64,000 nt of DNA, from contig NC_043026.1 in NCBI RefSeq assembly GCF_006345805.1, positions 7,378,001-7,442,000 of the forward strand, given 5' to 3'. The notes below the pieces were generated by a model that did no database searches, was not told the DNA's origin, and saw only the letters and a list, made by a program, of their open reading frames with translations. The position numbers and the translations under genes are program-made. Position 1 is the stretch's first letter. Each line of letters opens with the position of its first letter. Shown in pieces: positions 63,341 to 64,000 of the stretch. The DNA is from Octopus sinensis (taxonomy: Eukaryota).

Positions 63341-64000
63341 AATGGTTAATTTAATTTTGCATATAATATAAAAGGAATTTAGAACGCTTAAACGATTCGT
63401 TACATTAAACAGATAATAAATAATTTATGATCTTATAGAATTAATCGATTTATCGGAGTATTAGGGGGAAATATTTCTGTAGGATGTGATTTAGTTGAAA
63501 GACAAAGCCCACACTCCTTTGTTCCGCTGCAGTCAAGGAGTCAGTGCCCGTGGCAGGCAAGGGAGGTCACTCTAGGGGAAGAGAAAACAAAGCCGCCTTC
63601 CTTTTGACATCACCTTATATTAAATGGTGCAGTCTTTCTCTAGATATAAATAATGGGTGTTCATTCTGTTTATACCTTCACATGTGGTTACAGAAACTAG
63701 TCTGCTACACTAGCACAGGCTGATGTACTATTAGCAGTAGTAGTGGTGGTCTAACAACAGGAAGTGGTATAGGAAACCAATAGATAATGGCTTGTGGGCG
63801 GTGTTCGGAAGTTCATGTCCCCGCTTGTAAAAGTTTCCATTGCGTAAATGAAAGCGAGAGGGACAGAATCCGGTTAGGACGCCGGATAAAACGCTTTGCG
63901 CCGTTCCGTCCGTCTTTACGTCCTGAGAGATCTCTTAGATTTGAACGGCAGTTTTTAACATAATTTCTAGGTAACTAAAAAACTTTAAACTTCGTATACT

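Overview
This is repeat-dense animal genomic DNA. It is most likely from an octopus (cephalopod), inferred from the tRNA-derived SINE families and the single-exon C2H2 zinc-finger genes. There are no prokaryotic features, rRNA, true tRNA genes or CRISPR arrays. Well-supported genes: a complete 6-exon SEC11 signal peptidase catalytic subunit (+, 31977-42864, 182 aa); two paralogous C2H2 zinc-finger genes with uninterrupted CDSs (-, 16 and 7 fingers) that share a 48-aa acidic N-terminal module; and a two-exon 69-aa single-pass membrane microprotein (-, 23941-19696) that the ORF track misses because it is spliced. The first exons of a further minus-strand gene may lie at 12.8-13.1 kb, running into a 12.8-kb (ATGT)n/(ACAT)n satellite that switches strand at about 3777. 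The rest is SINEs (labelled A, B, C, D here), LINE relics (RTE, CR1, R4/Dong, Penelope-like), mariner and piggyBac-type relics or MITEs, and microsatellites. Leading leads: the ZNF N-terminal module, the microprotein with hairpin-bearing ~150-bp repeats in its putative 3' UTR, a minimal hammerhead ribozyme motif, a pre-miRNA-like hairpin, and a templated insertion inside a Penelope relic. All homology calls come from motif recognition, not database searches, and repeat boundaries are approximate.
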